Below, one piece after another: positions 1-10,220 of a stretch of DNA of 64,000 nt. Source of the stretch: a bacterium (GTDB lineage Bacteria > SAR324 > NAC60-12); NCBI GenBank assembly GCA_965209155.1, contig OZ242383.1, positions 2,112,001-2,176,000 on the forward strand. The letters are read 5' to 3'. The translations under genes and the position numbers were made by a program. Each line of letters begins with the position of its first letter. Within the stretch, counting starts at the first letter, position 1. The notes beneath the pieces are model-generated. The model did no database searches and was not told the DNA's origin. It worked only from the letters and a program-made list of their open reading frames with translations.

Positions 1-195
1 CAAATTATAGACAAGAATCGTTCGATCATGGGGGTGATGATCGAAAGCAACCTGAAAGCGGGAAATCAAAGTTTCCAACCCAGTGTTCCACTCGAATATG
101 GAGTGTCGATTACCGATAAATGCCTGGATTGGAATAATACGGAACGTATCATTCTGGACATGTACCATCAATTGAGGAGTGTGTATGCGAGTTGA
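1..195 (+). CDS. Class I DAHP synthase, C-terminal part (runs off the window start)
   Basis: Frame 1 reads ...IMGVMIESNLKAGNQ...LEYGVSITDKCLDWNNTE...VYAS*, matching the AroF/G/H C-terminal GVMIES and YGxSITD motifs. Confidence 0.88.
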   Translation, partial: QIIDKNRSIMGVMIESNLKAGNQSFQPSVPLEYGVSITDKCLDWNNTERIILDMYHQLRSVYAS

Positions 196-952
196 AGAAG
201 CAGCCAATATCATCTGGGATTCAATGCAGGAAGGCGTCCACTATCCGGGAGCCCTGCAGGGACAACTGAAGTTAGAAAATGCCAATGAAGTGCAATTCAA
301 AGTATTGGAACATTGGATTGCTGCAGGAGAAAAGCATGCAGGTTGGAAAATAGGCATCACCAGTGACCTTCTCCGTGAAACTTACAACCTGGATAGGCCA
401 CTCTTTGGCTATCTTTTGGAAAGTCGCAGATTTTCAAGTGGAGTGGCTTTTCAGCACGACGACATTTCCAATCCAGCCATCGAGGCCGAACTCTACTTTA
501 CGATGAGAGAGCGCCTCGAGGGTCCTGGGGCGACCAAAGAACAAGCACGGGATGCCGTCGCCCTGGTGGCGCCGGCATTCGAACTCGTTTCGCTTCGCGG
601 AAACATGGCTGCGGATATACCATTGGCGGTGGCAGACAACATAAACCAATGGGGTTATGTCATAGGAGAAGCAATCTGCCCGTACCCCAAAGAGCTGGAT
701 TTGGGAGAAGTTGTGGCAGACGTCAAAACCAACGACTCGGATTTTTTTAAAGGTCGGGGTAGCGAGGTAATCGACAACCAACTCGAGTCGCTTGCCTGGC
801 TTGCCAATCAACTTGTAAAATATGGCAGGGCTTTGGAAGCGGGTGACTGTATCATGTCGGGATCTTTCATCAAACCCACTCCCATTGCGAAAAACGATTG
901 CTGGCAAACTCATTTCTCATCCATCGGCACGGTATCGGCCCGATTCAACTAG
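185..952 (+). CDS. 2-keto-4-pentenoate hydratase (MhpD/FAH superfamily)
   Basis: GWKIGITS, IEAEL, AVADN and WLANQL...L.AGD.I.SGS motifs; ATG at 185 overlaps the upstream gene end. Confidence 0.85.
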   Translation: MRVEEAANIIWDSMQEGVHYPGALQGQLKLENANEVQFKVLEHWIAAGEKHAGWKIGITSDLLRETYNLDRPLFGYLLESRRFSSGVAFQHDDISNPAIEAELYFTMRERLEGPGATKEQARDAVALVAPAFELVSLRGNMAADIPLAVADNINQWGYVIGEAICPYPKELDLGEVVADVKTNDSDFFKGRGSEVIDNQLESLAWLANQLVKYGRALEAGDCIMSGSFIKPTPIAKNDCWQTHFSSIGTVSARFN

Positions 953-1008
953 TACCGCAGGGCCAGGATGCGTCCATCTTTTTCTCCTTCCGGCTCTTCG
1001 CAGCGTTT

Positions 1009-1102
1009 GCCATTCCGGGCGATGAACCGGAATCCAGGGGCTCTTTCGATACTCTGGATTCCCGCTCACCGGTTGCGCCGGGACAAGTTTCGCGGGAATG
1101 AC
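1009..1102. repeat. REP/RPE-like palindromic element (GTCATTCC..GGAATCCAG / CTGGATTCCCGC..GCGGGAATGAC type)
   Basis: gccattccg..ccggaatccag, a spacer, then ctggattcccgc..ttcgcgggaatgac; related cores recur near 11330, 11620, 11780 and 48840. Confidence 0.75.
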
Positions 1103-1297
1103 AGAGAGGGTGTGTCGTGAAAGTAGAGATATCGAAGGCAACCGGATAGGTCAAGATCAAATATTGATTCCGGAAATGGTGGGGTTAAACGCTGGATCTC
1201 ACGTCATCCATATGATATATGATTCAACACAATCACAGTTCAGGGGACAAAATGCCAAGTTATCAACCAATCAAAACTCTTGACGTCGGATCAAAAT

Positions 1298-2959
1298 ATG
1301 CAAACAATGACGGGCCGTTCCGCCTTCCTGGCACTGTTGAAAGATGAAGGCATTCGCTACTTGTTCGGCAATCCCGGAACCACCGAGTTGCCCATCATGG
1401 CAGCTTTGTCCGAACATAAGGAATTGACCTACGTACTGGGTTTGCAGGAAGCGGTGGTGGTTGCCATGGCCGACGGTTATTCACGGGCGTCGGGAAACCT
1501 GTCCGCCTGTAACGTCCATGTCGCGCCGGGTCTCGGCAATGGTATGGGTTCCCTCTTCAACGCCAAATGGTACGGCTCTCCCATATTGATTACAGCAGGC
1601 CAGCAAGAACAGGGTCATGGGCTCACCGAACCCATGTTGTACGACCCGCTGATCCCGATTGCGTCTCCCATGGTGAAGTGGGCAGTTGAAGTCAATCGAC
1701 TCCAGGACATGCCACGCATTTTGAGACGGGCAGCAAAAATTGCGATGACGCCACCGACGGGTCCGGTGTTTCTCTCATTACCAGGGGACATCCTCAACGA
1801 TCAAATGCCTCTCGAACTTGGACAAGCCTCGCGAGTGGATTCGGTCACCCGACCCGCTGACAGGGCGATGGAAAGATTGGCCGATCGCATCCTGGCTGCG
1901 GAACACCCGGTCCTACTGGCGGGACACGAACTCAGTTCGAGGGATGCCTTGGATGAAGCGGCCCGGCTGGCGGAAGTGTTGGGAGCGCCGGTTTACCAGC
2001 AAACCGTTCCTCACGCCGCTCATTTTTTTTCAGAACATATCGCATTCATGGGGGCTTTGAGCCGAAACCAACAAGAGGTGCGCACCATCCTGGGAGCGCA
2101 TGACCTGCTCATTTGTCTCGGTGCCGATGTCTTGCGCATGTCGGTCTGGAGTCGTTTGGAACCCTTGCCGGATGCGATGTCTGTCGTTCAAATAGGGGAA
2201 CGGGATTGGGAGTTGGCTAAAAATTATCCCGCGGAAATCGCCATTCATGCAGATGTTAAGGAAACTCTACAGGCCCTGGTGCCGGTGCTTCATGCGCGAT
2301 GCAGCGAAGAAAAGAGAGTTGCCTGTACGCATCGTTTGAATGGTCTGAAAACACGAAATTGGAGCGCCATGCGTGACAAATTACGTGAGGAAACCCAAAA
2401 GGCGGCTTCCCGCACGCCCATAGATCCCAAGGTCTTGATGATGCACCTTGCGGAGAGTATGCCGAAAAACGCGGTGATCGTGGACGAAGGGCTCACTGCT
2501 TCCAATTCGTTGCTCGGCTTTCTGCCGTTTCGAGATGCGTGTTGTTACTATGGATTGGCCAGTGGCGGAATAGGGTTTGCAGTCGCCGGTGCGATCGGAA
2601 TCCATCTGGCCCTGCCGGAACGGCCTTTGCTGGCATTGATCGGCGACGGCAGTTCCCTCTACAACATTCAAGCTCTCTGGACGGCAGCTCAAATGAAATT
2701 ACCGATCACTTATGTCATCGCGAACAACCAGAGCTACCGCATATTGAAAGACAGATTGCTCGCCTTCCAGGGAAGTAACCAATTCATTGGCATGGACCTT
2801 CGTGACCCGGAAATCGATTTTGTGGGGCTTGCTCGAGCATTGGGTTTGCAAGCATGCCGTATCACGGAACCCGATGCGATTGCCCCGACGTTGAAACGGT
2901 CACTCGAACATAACAGTGGCCCCCAACTTATTGATGTCTTAATCGACGATGGGTTCTGA
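1298..2959 (+). CDS. ThDP-dependent decarboxylase, benzoylformate decarboxylase-like
   Basis: FGNPGTTELP, LGLQEAVVVAMADGY, NVHVAPGLGN and the ThDP motif GDGS...NNQSY. Confidence 0.85.
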   Translation: MQTMTGRSAFLALLKDEGIRYLFGNPGTTELPIMAALSEHKELTYVLGLQEAVVVAMADGYSRASGNLSACNVHVAPGLGNGMGSLFNAKWYGSPILITAGQQEQGHGLTEPMLYDPLIPIASPMVKWAVEVNRLQDMPRILRRAAKIAMTPPTGPVFLSLPGDILNDQMPLELGQASRVDSVTRPADRAMERLADRILAAEHPVLLAGHELSSRDALDEAARLAEVLGAPVYQQTVPHAAHFFSEHIAFMGALSRNQQEVRTILGAHDLLICLGADVLRMSVWSRLEPLPDAMSVVQIGERDWELAKNYPAEIAIHADVKETLQALVPVLHARCSEEKRVACTHRLNGLKTRNWSAMRDKLREETQKAASRTPIDPKVLMMHLAESMPKNAVIVDEGLTASNSLLGFLPFRDACCYYGLASGGIGFAVAGAIGIHLALPERPLLALIGDGSSLYNIQALWTAAQMKLPITYVIANNQSYRILKDRLLAFQGSNQFIGMDLRDPEIDFVGLARALGLQACRITEPDAIAPTLKRSLEHNSGPQLIDVLIDDGF

Positions 2960-3132
2960 AAATTCCAGGAAATAATATAAAGGGATCGTAGCTCGTTGCC
3001 CTTCAAAGTTGTCTCTTTGTGAACGAATGTGAGGAATCGCAAGAGAGCTTTCAGCGCAGACGAGATGATGCCGGTTGCGCCCCTGGTGAGCAAGTACAAA
3101 CAGACTGTGTTGTCTTAAAATCGTTTCCATCC

Positions 3133-4410
3133 ATGCCATCCACCGGAAATAATTCTGAACCATCACTCGCAGATTCGTTGAGTCTGGGACGGGCCATGGT
3201 GATTGTATTCCTGCCTTTCGCCATTGGCTATTTTTTTTCCTATTTCTTTCGGGTCGTCAATGCGGTTGTTGCTCCGGACTTGATTGCGGATATCGGTTTG
3301 AATGCCACCCAGTTGGGTTTATTGTCTGCAGTCTATTTTTTCACTTTTGCCGTGTTTCAAATTCCACTGGGAGTGCTACTCGACCGTTTTGGTCCACGGA
3401 GTGTGCAGGGAACGCTATATTTAGTGGCAGGAACAGGAGTTTTTCTATTTTCAATCGCTGAAAGCGTGATCACTCTCATGTTAAGCCGTGGAATGATCGG
3501 TTTGGGGGTTTCCGGAGGATTGATGGCGACTTTGAAAGCCATCGTGCAGTGGTTTCCCAAGAGACGCTACGCCTTGGTCAATGGTTTCGTAATAGTGGCA
3601 GGCGCTATTGGAACGCTCGCGGCGACGGCACCGCTTGAATTCACTTTGCGATATATGGATTGGCGGATACTCTTTGTGATGCTTTCCGTCGCAACCCTGG
3701 GCGCGGGTATCTTGATTCTCTACTTCGTCCCCGATAAGCCCAAACCCGCAGCCGTTGCGAATTTCGGAGCGCAATTGTCGGAAGTGGGAAAAATTTATAA
3801 AAGTTCCTTTTTCTGGAGCCTGGTCCCTTTGATGTTTACCTGTGGGTCGGCAAACATGGCAATCCAGGGATTGTGGGCTGCATCCTGGCTTTCCGACGTA
3901 GCCGATCTGGAGCGCGCCGTGGTGGCCAATCATTTGCTGGTCATGGCAGTAGCGATGCTGCTTGGCGCCTTGCTGCAAGGCGTTATCGCTTCCGCCCTGC
4001 AAGGTATCGGCCTCAGCCTGATCAACATTTGCGTGCTGGCATGTGTCGCGAATATCCTGGTTTTACTGTCAATCTCATTCCGTGTTTTGGATGCCCACTA
4101 TCTTTTGTGGGCAGCCCATGGTTTTTTTGGGGTGCAAACAATCCTTGTCTTTGCCACGCTGGCGCATCATTTCCCGGAAACTCTCATTGGACGCGTAAAT
4201 ACTGCGGCAAACGTACTTGTTTTCGGTATGGCCTTCGTCTACCAGTTCGGCATTGGGGCCATCATCGCACTCTGGTCTGCTGACGCGGATGGCGTCTACC
4301 CGGAGCGTGCCTATTTCACTGCATTTCTCGTTGTCGTTGCAACGCAGGCCCTGGCGCTGGTCTGGAATTTACTCTCCGTACGGAAAAGCGAACCTCATCG
4401 AATTGCCTGA
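3133..4410 (+). CDS. MFS transporter
   Basis: About 12 hydrophobic segments and MFS motif A (GVLLDRFGPR); start codon uncertain. Confidence 0.85.
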   Translation: MPSTGNNSEPSLADSLSLGRAMVIVFLPFAIGYFFSYFFRVVNAVVAPDLIADIGLNATQLGLLSAVYFFTFAVFQIPLGVLLDRFGPRSVQGTLYLVAGTGVFLFSIAESVITLMLSRGMIGLGVSGGLMATLKAIVQWFPKRRYALVNGFVIVAGAIGTLAATAPLEFTLRYMDWRILFVMLSVATLGAGILILYFVPDKPKPAAVANFGAQLSEVGKIYKSSFFWSLVPLMFTCGSANMAIQGLWAASWLSDVADLERAVVANHLLVMAVAMLLGALLQGVIASALQGIGLSLINICVLACVANILVLLSISFRVLDAHYLLWAAHGFFGVQTILVFATLAHHFPETLIGRVNTAANVLVFGMAFVYQFGIGAIIALWSADADGVYPERAYFTAFLVVVATQALALVWNLLSVRKSEPHRIA

Positions 4411-4431
4411 ACAATGCGCGTTTTCGTCATG

Positions 4432-5478
4432 CTAATTATAAGCATCCACGCTTTCGCTCACCACAGTGGGCCTCGCCATCGAGGCGATCATCTTATCCAT
4501 ACCGATTGAACCCACAGACTCGGCCTTATCGGTGACAATAGCCGTGCGAGCACCGTTTTCGAGGAGCACCTGCAGGGCATCCTCAATCGTGGTACTCTGC
4601 TCGATCCTGGGTCCGCTACCCGGATTTTTATTATCCATGATCGAGGCAATTTGCAAAACACGTCCCCGGTTTATATCCTTGATGAAATCAGCCACGTAAC
4701 CGTTAGCCGGATTCAAAATGATGTCTTGGGAGGACCCCTGCTGGACAACCTCGCCGTCACGAAGAATAGCAATATTGTCTCCAATTCGGAGGGCCTCATC
4801 CAAATCGTGCGTAATAAAAATTATCGTTTTGCGCAGTTCTGCCTGCAACTCCAAAAGTATATCTTGCATTTCAGTACGGATGAGCGGGTCCAAGGCTGAA
4901 AATGGCTCATCCATCAGCAAGATTTCCGCATCAGTTGCCAAAGAACGTGCCAAACCTACCCGTTGCTGCATGCCACCCGAAAGTTGAGCAGGATACTGGC
5001 TTTCGCAACCGGTCAACCCGACTTGTTCGATCCACTTTCTGCAACACTCTTCGGCCTCCTGTTTGGGGATCTCCTGGATCATCAGCCCGTAGGCGACGTT
5101 TTCCTTGACGGTGCGATGTGGTAACAGCGCGAATTTCTGAAAGACCATTGAGGCTTGGAACCTCCGAAAATCGCGCAATTCCGTTTTGTTCATTTCCAGA
5201 ACATTGCGATTGTCGATAATGATCTCCCCGACCGTGGGTTCGATCAACCTGTTGATATGCCTCAGTAAGGTCGATTTACCGGACCCGGACAGGCCCATGA
5301 TGACCTGGATCTTGCTTGCCTGAATTTCGATATTGACGTCTCGCAGTCCCAGGATATGGTTATGCTTGTCCATCAGGTCCCGTTTGGGAATCCCTTCTTT
5401 GACATAGTTCACCATCTTCGTTGGATATGACCCGAAGATCTTGTATAAATTCTTGATGCTTACTTTGATCTCAGACAC
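4432..5478 (-). CDS. proV: Glycine betaine/proline ABC transporter ATP-binding subunit (ProV/OpuAA-like)
   Basis: Walker A GLSGSGKS, LSGGMQQRVGLAR, MDEPFSALDPLIR; GTG start with GGAGGA RBS overlapping the permease end. Confidence 0.88.
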   Translation of the reverse strand: MSEIKVSIKNLYKIFGSYPTKMVNYVKEGIPKRDLMDKHNHILGLRDVNIEIQASKIQVIMGLSGSGKSTLLRHINRLIEPTVGEIIIDNRNVLEMNKTELRDFRRFQASMVFQKFALLPHRTVKENVAYGLMIQEIPKQEAEECCRKWIEQVGLTGCESQYPAQLSGGMQQRVGLARSLATDAEILLMDEPFSALDPLIRTEMQDILLELQAELRKTIIFITHDLDEALRIGDNIAILRDGEVVQQGSSQDIILNPANGYVADFIKDINRGRVLQIASIMDNKNPGSGPRIEQSTTIEDALQVLLENGARTAIVTDKAESVGSIGMDKMIASMARPTVVSESVDAYN

Positions 5479-6361
5479 CTTGTCCTCCTTCCCGGTGCTT
5501 TTGCAATCGCTTTCCAAATTTTTGGGAAACGCGATCAAAAATGATTGCCAGTGCTACGATTGCCAAACCATTCATCAGCCCCAACGCCAGGTATTGGTTG
5601 GAAATTGCGCGTAGCACCGGCATGCCCAATCCCCTTACACCGATCATCGAAGCGATTACTACCATCGCCAGGGCCATCATGATGGTCTGGTTGATCCCCG
5701 CGAAAATGTTGGGCAACGCCAGTGGAATTTGAACACTGAAGAGTTTCTCGCGATAACTTGCTCCAAACGCGTCCGCGGCCTCCAGAACTTCCTTGTCCAC
5801 CAGCCGGATACCCAGGTTCGTCAACCTCACCACCGGAGGCATGGCATAGATGCATACTGCCAGTAAACCCGGCACTTTCCCAATACCGAGCAACATAACG
5901 ACAGGAATCAGATAGACAAAACTCGGAATCGTTTGCATGACGTCCAAAACCGGTGTGATAACGGATTGCACGCGGTTTGAACGCGCCATCAGGATTCCCA
6001 GCGGAATACCGATAGCAATACAAAGAAGTGATGCCACGGAGATGATGGCCAAGGTTGCCATCGTGTCTTCCCACATACCGAAATAGCCGATCACGAGAAA
6101 GGAAGCGATGGTGCCTGTTACGACAAGCCAACTGCGAGAACCCAGCATAGCCAGGCTTGCAATCACGAGGATGATTACCGGCCAAGGTGTGTTCACCAGT
6201 AACTTTTCGAACCAAACCAGGAAATGAAGCAATGGTTCAAAAAAAGATTCCAATGCATCACCATAGGCGCGAGAAAAATTACGAAAGCCCAAGTCGATCG
6301 CTTTTTTCAGGTCACGCAATTCCTGGCGATCCATGGTAGGAAATTCGTAGAAAAAATCCAT
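5471..6361 (-). CDS. proW: Glycine betaine/proline ABC transporter permease
   Basis: PVLDVMQTIPSFVYLIP, EAADAFGAS and GINQTIMMALAMVVIASMIG. Confidence 0.88.
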   Translation of the reverse strand: MDFFYEFPTMDRQELRDLKKAIDLGFRNFSRAYGDALESFFEPLLHFLVWFEKLLVNTPWPVIILVIASLAMLGSRSWLVVTGTIASFLVIGYFGMWEDTMATLAIISVASLLCIAIGIPLGILMARSNRVQSVITPVLDVMQTIPSFVYLIPVVMLLGIGKVPGLLAVCIYAMPPVVRLTNLGIRLVDKEVLEAADAFGASYREKLFSVQIPLALPNIFAGINQTIMMALAMVVIASMIGVRGLGMPVLRAISNQYLALGLMNGLAIVALAIIFDRVSQKFGKRLQKHREGGQGV

Positions 6362-6393
6362 GTTGATGGCTTTTTTATGGTCAGGATTCAACA

Positions 6394-6424
6394 GACTTCC
6401 CGGTGAAAAAATTGACGGGAAGTC
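6394..6424. terminator. Intergenic stem-loop between proX and proW (terminator or mRNA stabiliser)
   Basis: Inverted repeat gacttcccg-N13-cgggaagtc. Confidence 0.45.
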
Positions 6425-6444
6425 CGAAGATCTTTTTTGTCGAA

Positions 6445-6553
6445 GTTACAATGCAGCTTTTACTCGTGCACTGACTTCAACACATACTCTTCAGGAATGT
6501 TGAAAATTCACACAATGTTACAATGCAGCTTTTACTTTGGCACTGACTTCAAC
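6445..6553 (-). repeat. 37-bp direct repeat / 35-bp unique spacer / 37-bp repeat (CRISPR-like mini-array or att-type duplication)
   Basis: Minus strand GTTGAAGTCAGTGC(CAA/ACG)AGTAAAAGCTGCATTGTAAC at 6517-6553 and 6445-6481, 34/37 identical. Confidence 0.8.
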
Positions 6554-7576
6554 CGGGACCCACTCGGTCCATATTGTTTCGTGTAGTTTCAAAAATTCCA
6601 TTGCCGCATCCGCACCATCTGCCTGATTTTCTTGCATGTAGACCAACATGCCATTCAAGATAGCTCCTGGAAAAACACGATTGCTCAAATAGTCCACTGC
6701 CATCTCTTCTTCCGCTATCATTCTATCCGTGACCATGGTGATCACTTCGGATTGGGTCCATGCGGAGGGCTTCGGATCCGCGCAATCTTGTTCGGGCTTG
6801 ACGAGACAGCCATCCCAGTGTTCACTGCCGACGAAGGGTACTCCGAAAGGAACCTTGACCATATTGTACTTGCCTATGATGGCAGTCGGGGACCAGTAAT
6901 AACCGAACCAGTTTTCACCGCGCTCGACGGCCTTGGTCATTGATCCGTCAAGGCCTGCCGCAGAGCCCGGGTCCACCAGCAACCAGCCTTTACTTTCCAT
7001 TTCGAATGCGCGAAAGAGATTGATATTGGTCAGTTGGCAACCCCAACCGGCAGGGCAGCCCACAAATGCCCCCTTCGAGGGGTCTTCCGGGTGTGGGAAT
7101 AAATCCGGACGTTCCAGAATGTCTAAAACGGTTTTCAATTCCGGATGCTTTTCAGCCGTGTGTGGCGGAATCCACCAGCCTTCACCCAGTCCGGTGATCG
7201 GACCGGAATTCACCGCGTGTAAACGGCCTTCGTCGCTGGCTGTTTTCAGCAGTTCCCGCACTGCATTGGCCCAAAGTTCACCGGCAACGTCTGGTTGGCC
7301 CTTTTCGTTCATTGAAGTGAAAGTCGGCACGGTGTCGCCAGGTACCAACTCTATATCACAATCATAACCTTTCTCCAGGATGATCTTGTCGACATTGGCC
7401 ATCAATTCCGCTGACGGCCAATTCATTTCTGCAATCGTGATGGACCCACAAGCTGCGGATGCTGATCCTGAAATCAACAACGAACCAATGAATCCTATTG
7501 ATCCGATCAATGTGAATTTAAATAAACGATACAACCTACAATACGTACTTCTGAATGTTTCTATAAACGAAATCAT
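6518..7576 (-). CDS. proX: Glycine betaine ABC transporter substrate-binding protein (OpuAC/ProX family)
   Basis: Signal peptide ending ASA-A; IAEMNWPSAE, CPAGWGC and WFGYYWSPT motifs. Confidence 0.85.
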   Translation of the reverse strand: MISFIETFRSTYCRLYRLFKFTLIGSIGFIGSLLISGSASAACGSITIAEMNWPSAELMANVDKIILEKGYDCDIELVPGDTVPTFTSMNEKGQPDVAGELWANAVRELLKTASDEGRLHAVNSGPITGLGEGWWIPPHTAEKHPELKTVLDILERPDLFPHPEDPSKGAFVGCPAGWGCQLTNINLFRAFEMESKGWLLVDPGSAAGLDGSMTKAVERGENWFGYYWSPTAIIGKYNMVKVPFGVPFVGSEHWDGCLVKPEQDCADPKPSAWTQSEVITMVTDRMIAEEEMAVDYLSNRVFPGAILNGMLVYMQENQADGADAAMEFLKLHETIWTEWVPVEVSAKVKAAL

Positions 7577-7784
7577 GGTGTCTCCATATATTAAATTAGT
7601 CGGAACAACGATCCTGAACCTGGTGCTGTTCCGGACGAAGAAAAATCAAGGAAGAGGATTTTTCCATTTCCATAATTTTTCGGTTGATGGCAACAACCCA
7701 TACGCATAAGGAATAACGATGAGTTTGCCCACTTCTGTAAACCTTATCAAATCTATTTCCAAAATGCAAATAACGAACTGACTA

Positions 7785-9267
7785 GGGTGTAATTAAAAGT
7801 GAGGGGCATTTCAATTAAGCCCTTTGAAGTTGTTGCCAATAACAATCCCATTTTCCATTGGCTCTTACCACCCTGAGTTGAATCATCTGATCGGCATGTT
7901 GTTTTTTCCACCAAGCGCCAGGGAGTTTGAGCCTTTTTTGGATGAGGGAACGATGGGCGCTTTCAATTTTTCCAGAGCCGATAGGGAGTTGTTGATCAAT
8001 AGCTGTTTTGTATTCAAACTGTCCGGGACGATTTTTCATGTAACGTACCAAAGCGCGAATGGGGGCCTTTTCATTGGGAATAGATTCGGATTCTTGCCTG
8101 GATATAAATTGCTCTAACACGCTGTCAGCTCCTCCTTTTTTCAAGATTTGCTTCTGCTTTTTCAGGAACGGTGAGCCGTCTTCAAAAGCGGCTTGGCAGG
8201 CTGCACCAAGATAATCACAGAGATGATAAAAATCGATGAGATAGTTCGCCTGAGCGCCAAAATGAGTTTCGATTTTTTCACAGATCCAAGGGGCTCCATC
8301 CCCTAAAGCATGAATCTTCGTCTGCTTTCCCAGTCCCGCTTTAAGCGCGACCTCTTTCATTTGAAAACCCGCTTCATCTCTGCCGTTCAAGGTTCCAGCA
8401 TAAATGGAGTCGACACTTCCTCGAGCATAGGCTAAGGAGGTAATCCCTTCTTTCCAACTCACTTGACGCGTTTTTCTGCGATCCCCCGTAAAAGTAGAGT
8501 CTGCCGTCTCTACCAGAGGCACCATGGTGCCATCACTTTGCACTATCACCACCCCCGCCCCACTGGCCTCCCTGCTGGACTGCTGCTCTTCTTTCAGGGA
8601 GAAACATCTCTGACTGTGATGGAGGGTTCGCGCTCGAATACTGCTGGAAGGAATGTCAATGCCATAATGCTCCTTGAGTTTCTGGCTCGCTGCTGCAAAG
8701 GAGACATCGGCCCCAAAATCCACCATCGCTCGCTGCAGAGGCTCTGAATAACCTTGGCACTGAACCCCAATCGAGGCACTCAAGGGTCTCTGTCTTTTTC
8801 CTCGCCGTCCTTCCCTGAAAACAAGTTCTTCGATTCCAATGGGACCAAAGGTGCTGTGCCAATATATTTTTTTTTACCATCTCGGATCAGATCCGCTTTT
8901 TGAGAAGACTCTGCTTCTTTTATATCGGACTGATGGCCCAACCAGCCTTGAAGCACTTCCTGACCTAATTTACGCACTTCTTCAATCGTCCGCCTCTCAG
9001 CCTCATCGGCTGTTTGGCAACTCCCATCGTCATTTTCGATAATCCCCAGAATGGATTCCATCCGATGGCGCAGGTGAGGATATTTCGACAGCCGTTCTGC
9101 TAATGAAAAAGATGACTCGTCACCTTCCCTTAGTTCTGAGTAACCTAAGCATTTTGACATTTTCAACTCCTGTTTGAAGGTCAATCATTCGAATACACTC
9201 CTACTTTCAAAATACTTAAAGCACATGTCCAGCTATTTCTCTCTGCCCCACACTTTTAATTACACCC
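7785..9267 (-). mobile_element. Complete ISKra4-family insertion sequence
   Basis: 24-bp TIRs gggtgtaattaaaagtg(a/t)ggggca at 7785-7808 and 9244-9267; 9-bp target duplication aactgacta at 7776-7784 and 9268-9276. Confidence 0.92.
7815..9157 (-). CDS. ISKra4-family transposase encoded as two ORFs joined by a -1 frameshift at an A9 run
   Basis: OrfA ...RDGKKK; the -1 frame continues KIYWHSTFGPIGIEE... into the DDE domain (DGTMVP, GDGAPWI, DFYH, PIGSGKIESAH); T9 on plus strand at 8867-8875. Confidence 0.85.
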
Positions 9268-9332
9268 AACTGACTAACTGAAATTGAATTTTTAAAACCG
9301 GTTCGAGAAGCGTAATGATGACACGTATGATC

Positions 9333-10220
9333 TCACGAATTCATACTAACTTGTAAGTAACAATATTTCAGCCAGCTTGTGAAAAATGAATATCGATGCC
9401 CCCGCCAGCGGTTTATCATTGGATCCATCTCAAAGCCTGTAGACACATGGAAGTCAGAACTGTTATCATTTCGCTTCGCTTCACAGAGCAAACGCTGCGC
9501 GCTGTATTCCGGATGCCCCGTGTGCATGACGAAACGATGATCCGGTGTTTCGAATATGACATAACCACTTTCTCTGCCATAACCCAGTAAATTCAATCGT
9601 CCTTCCGCTTTGGCATGTTCCATCACTGAATCTTCTATCCCCATCCTGCAATTTTGTGGACAACAAAAGGTATCATCCAACTCGCCCGTAATCGGGTGAT
9701 AGTGATAGATATTTTTCAATTCGTAGACGCCAACCCGTCTTTGGCGAAAAGGTGCGCATGCAATTCCCTCCAGGTTGGCAAGAACCATCGCTCCTCCTCC
9801 AATTCCCATAGTGCTGGGACAATTTGCTTTAGCATGTGAAAGCAGCCGACAAATTTCTTGCCAACCAGGGATATGGTCAAGAGGGGCAGTTTCCAAAATC
9901 GTCCCGTGGACAATCAAGCCGTCCAGCGCTTGTTCTTGCAAGGCATCTTCATAAAATACGTAAAACTCCGGTATTTCATTTTTTCCCAAGGATTCACTTG
10001 CCCGCAGCTTGATCCAAACCGGATCGACTTGAATGATTGACAAACCCAGCGGGTGGAGGAGATTCAGTTCATCATGCATGTCAGTCTGCATAACCTGCAG
10101 AAACCCGATACGCATAGGACGAATGTCCTGTCTAATCGCTTCTTCCCTGCGGATACAAGTTACCCGATTGGCTTCCAAAATCGATTGGGCATGATAATTC
10201 TCAGGTAAAATGATCGTCAT
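9333..10220 (-). CDS. Homoserine O-acyltransferase (MetA) homolog lacking the catalytic Cys
   Basis: RQDIRPMRIG, LLHPLGLS, LDGLIV and GHPEY retained; nucleophile site reads STMGIGGG instead of STLxxCW. Confidence 0.8.
   Translation of the reverse strand: MTIILPENYHAQSILEANRVTCIRREEAIRQDIRPMRIGFLQVMQTDMHDELNLLHPLGLSIIQVDPVWIKLRASESLGKNEIPEFYVFYEDALQEQALDGLIVHGTILETAPLDHIPGWQEICRLLSHAKANCPSTMGIGGGAMVLANLEGIACAPFRQRRVGVYELKNIYHYHPITGELDDTFCCPQNCRMGIEDSVMEHAKAEGRLNLLGYGRESGYVIFETPDHRFVMHTGHPEYSAQRLLCEAKRNDNSSDFHVSTGFEMDPMINRWRGHRYSFFTSWLKYCYLQVSMNS

Noticed and set aside
5535..6215. 226-aa alternate-frame ORF
   Set aside because: Overlaps proW in another frame with no recognisable features
6445..6553. 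Calling this a bona fide CRISPR array
   Set aside because: Only two good repeats, one of them protein-coding, with no leader or cas genes; reported as a repeat and a hypothesis
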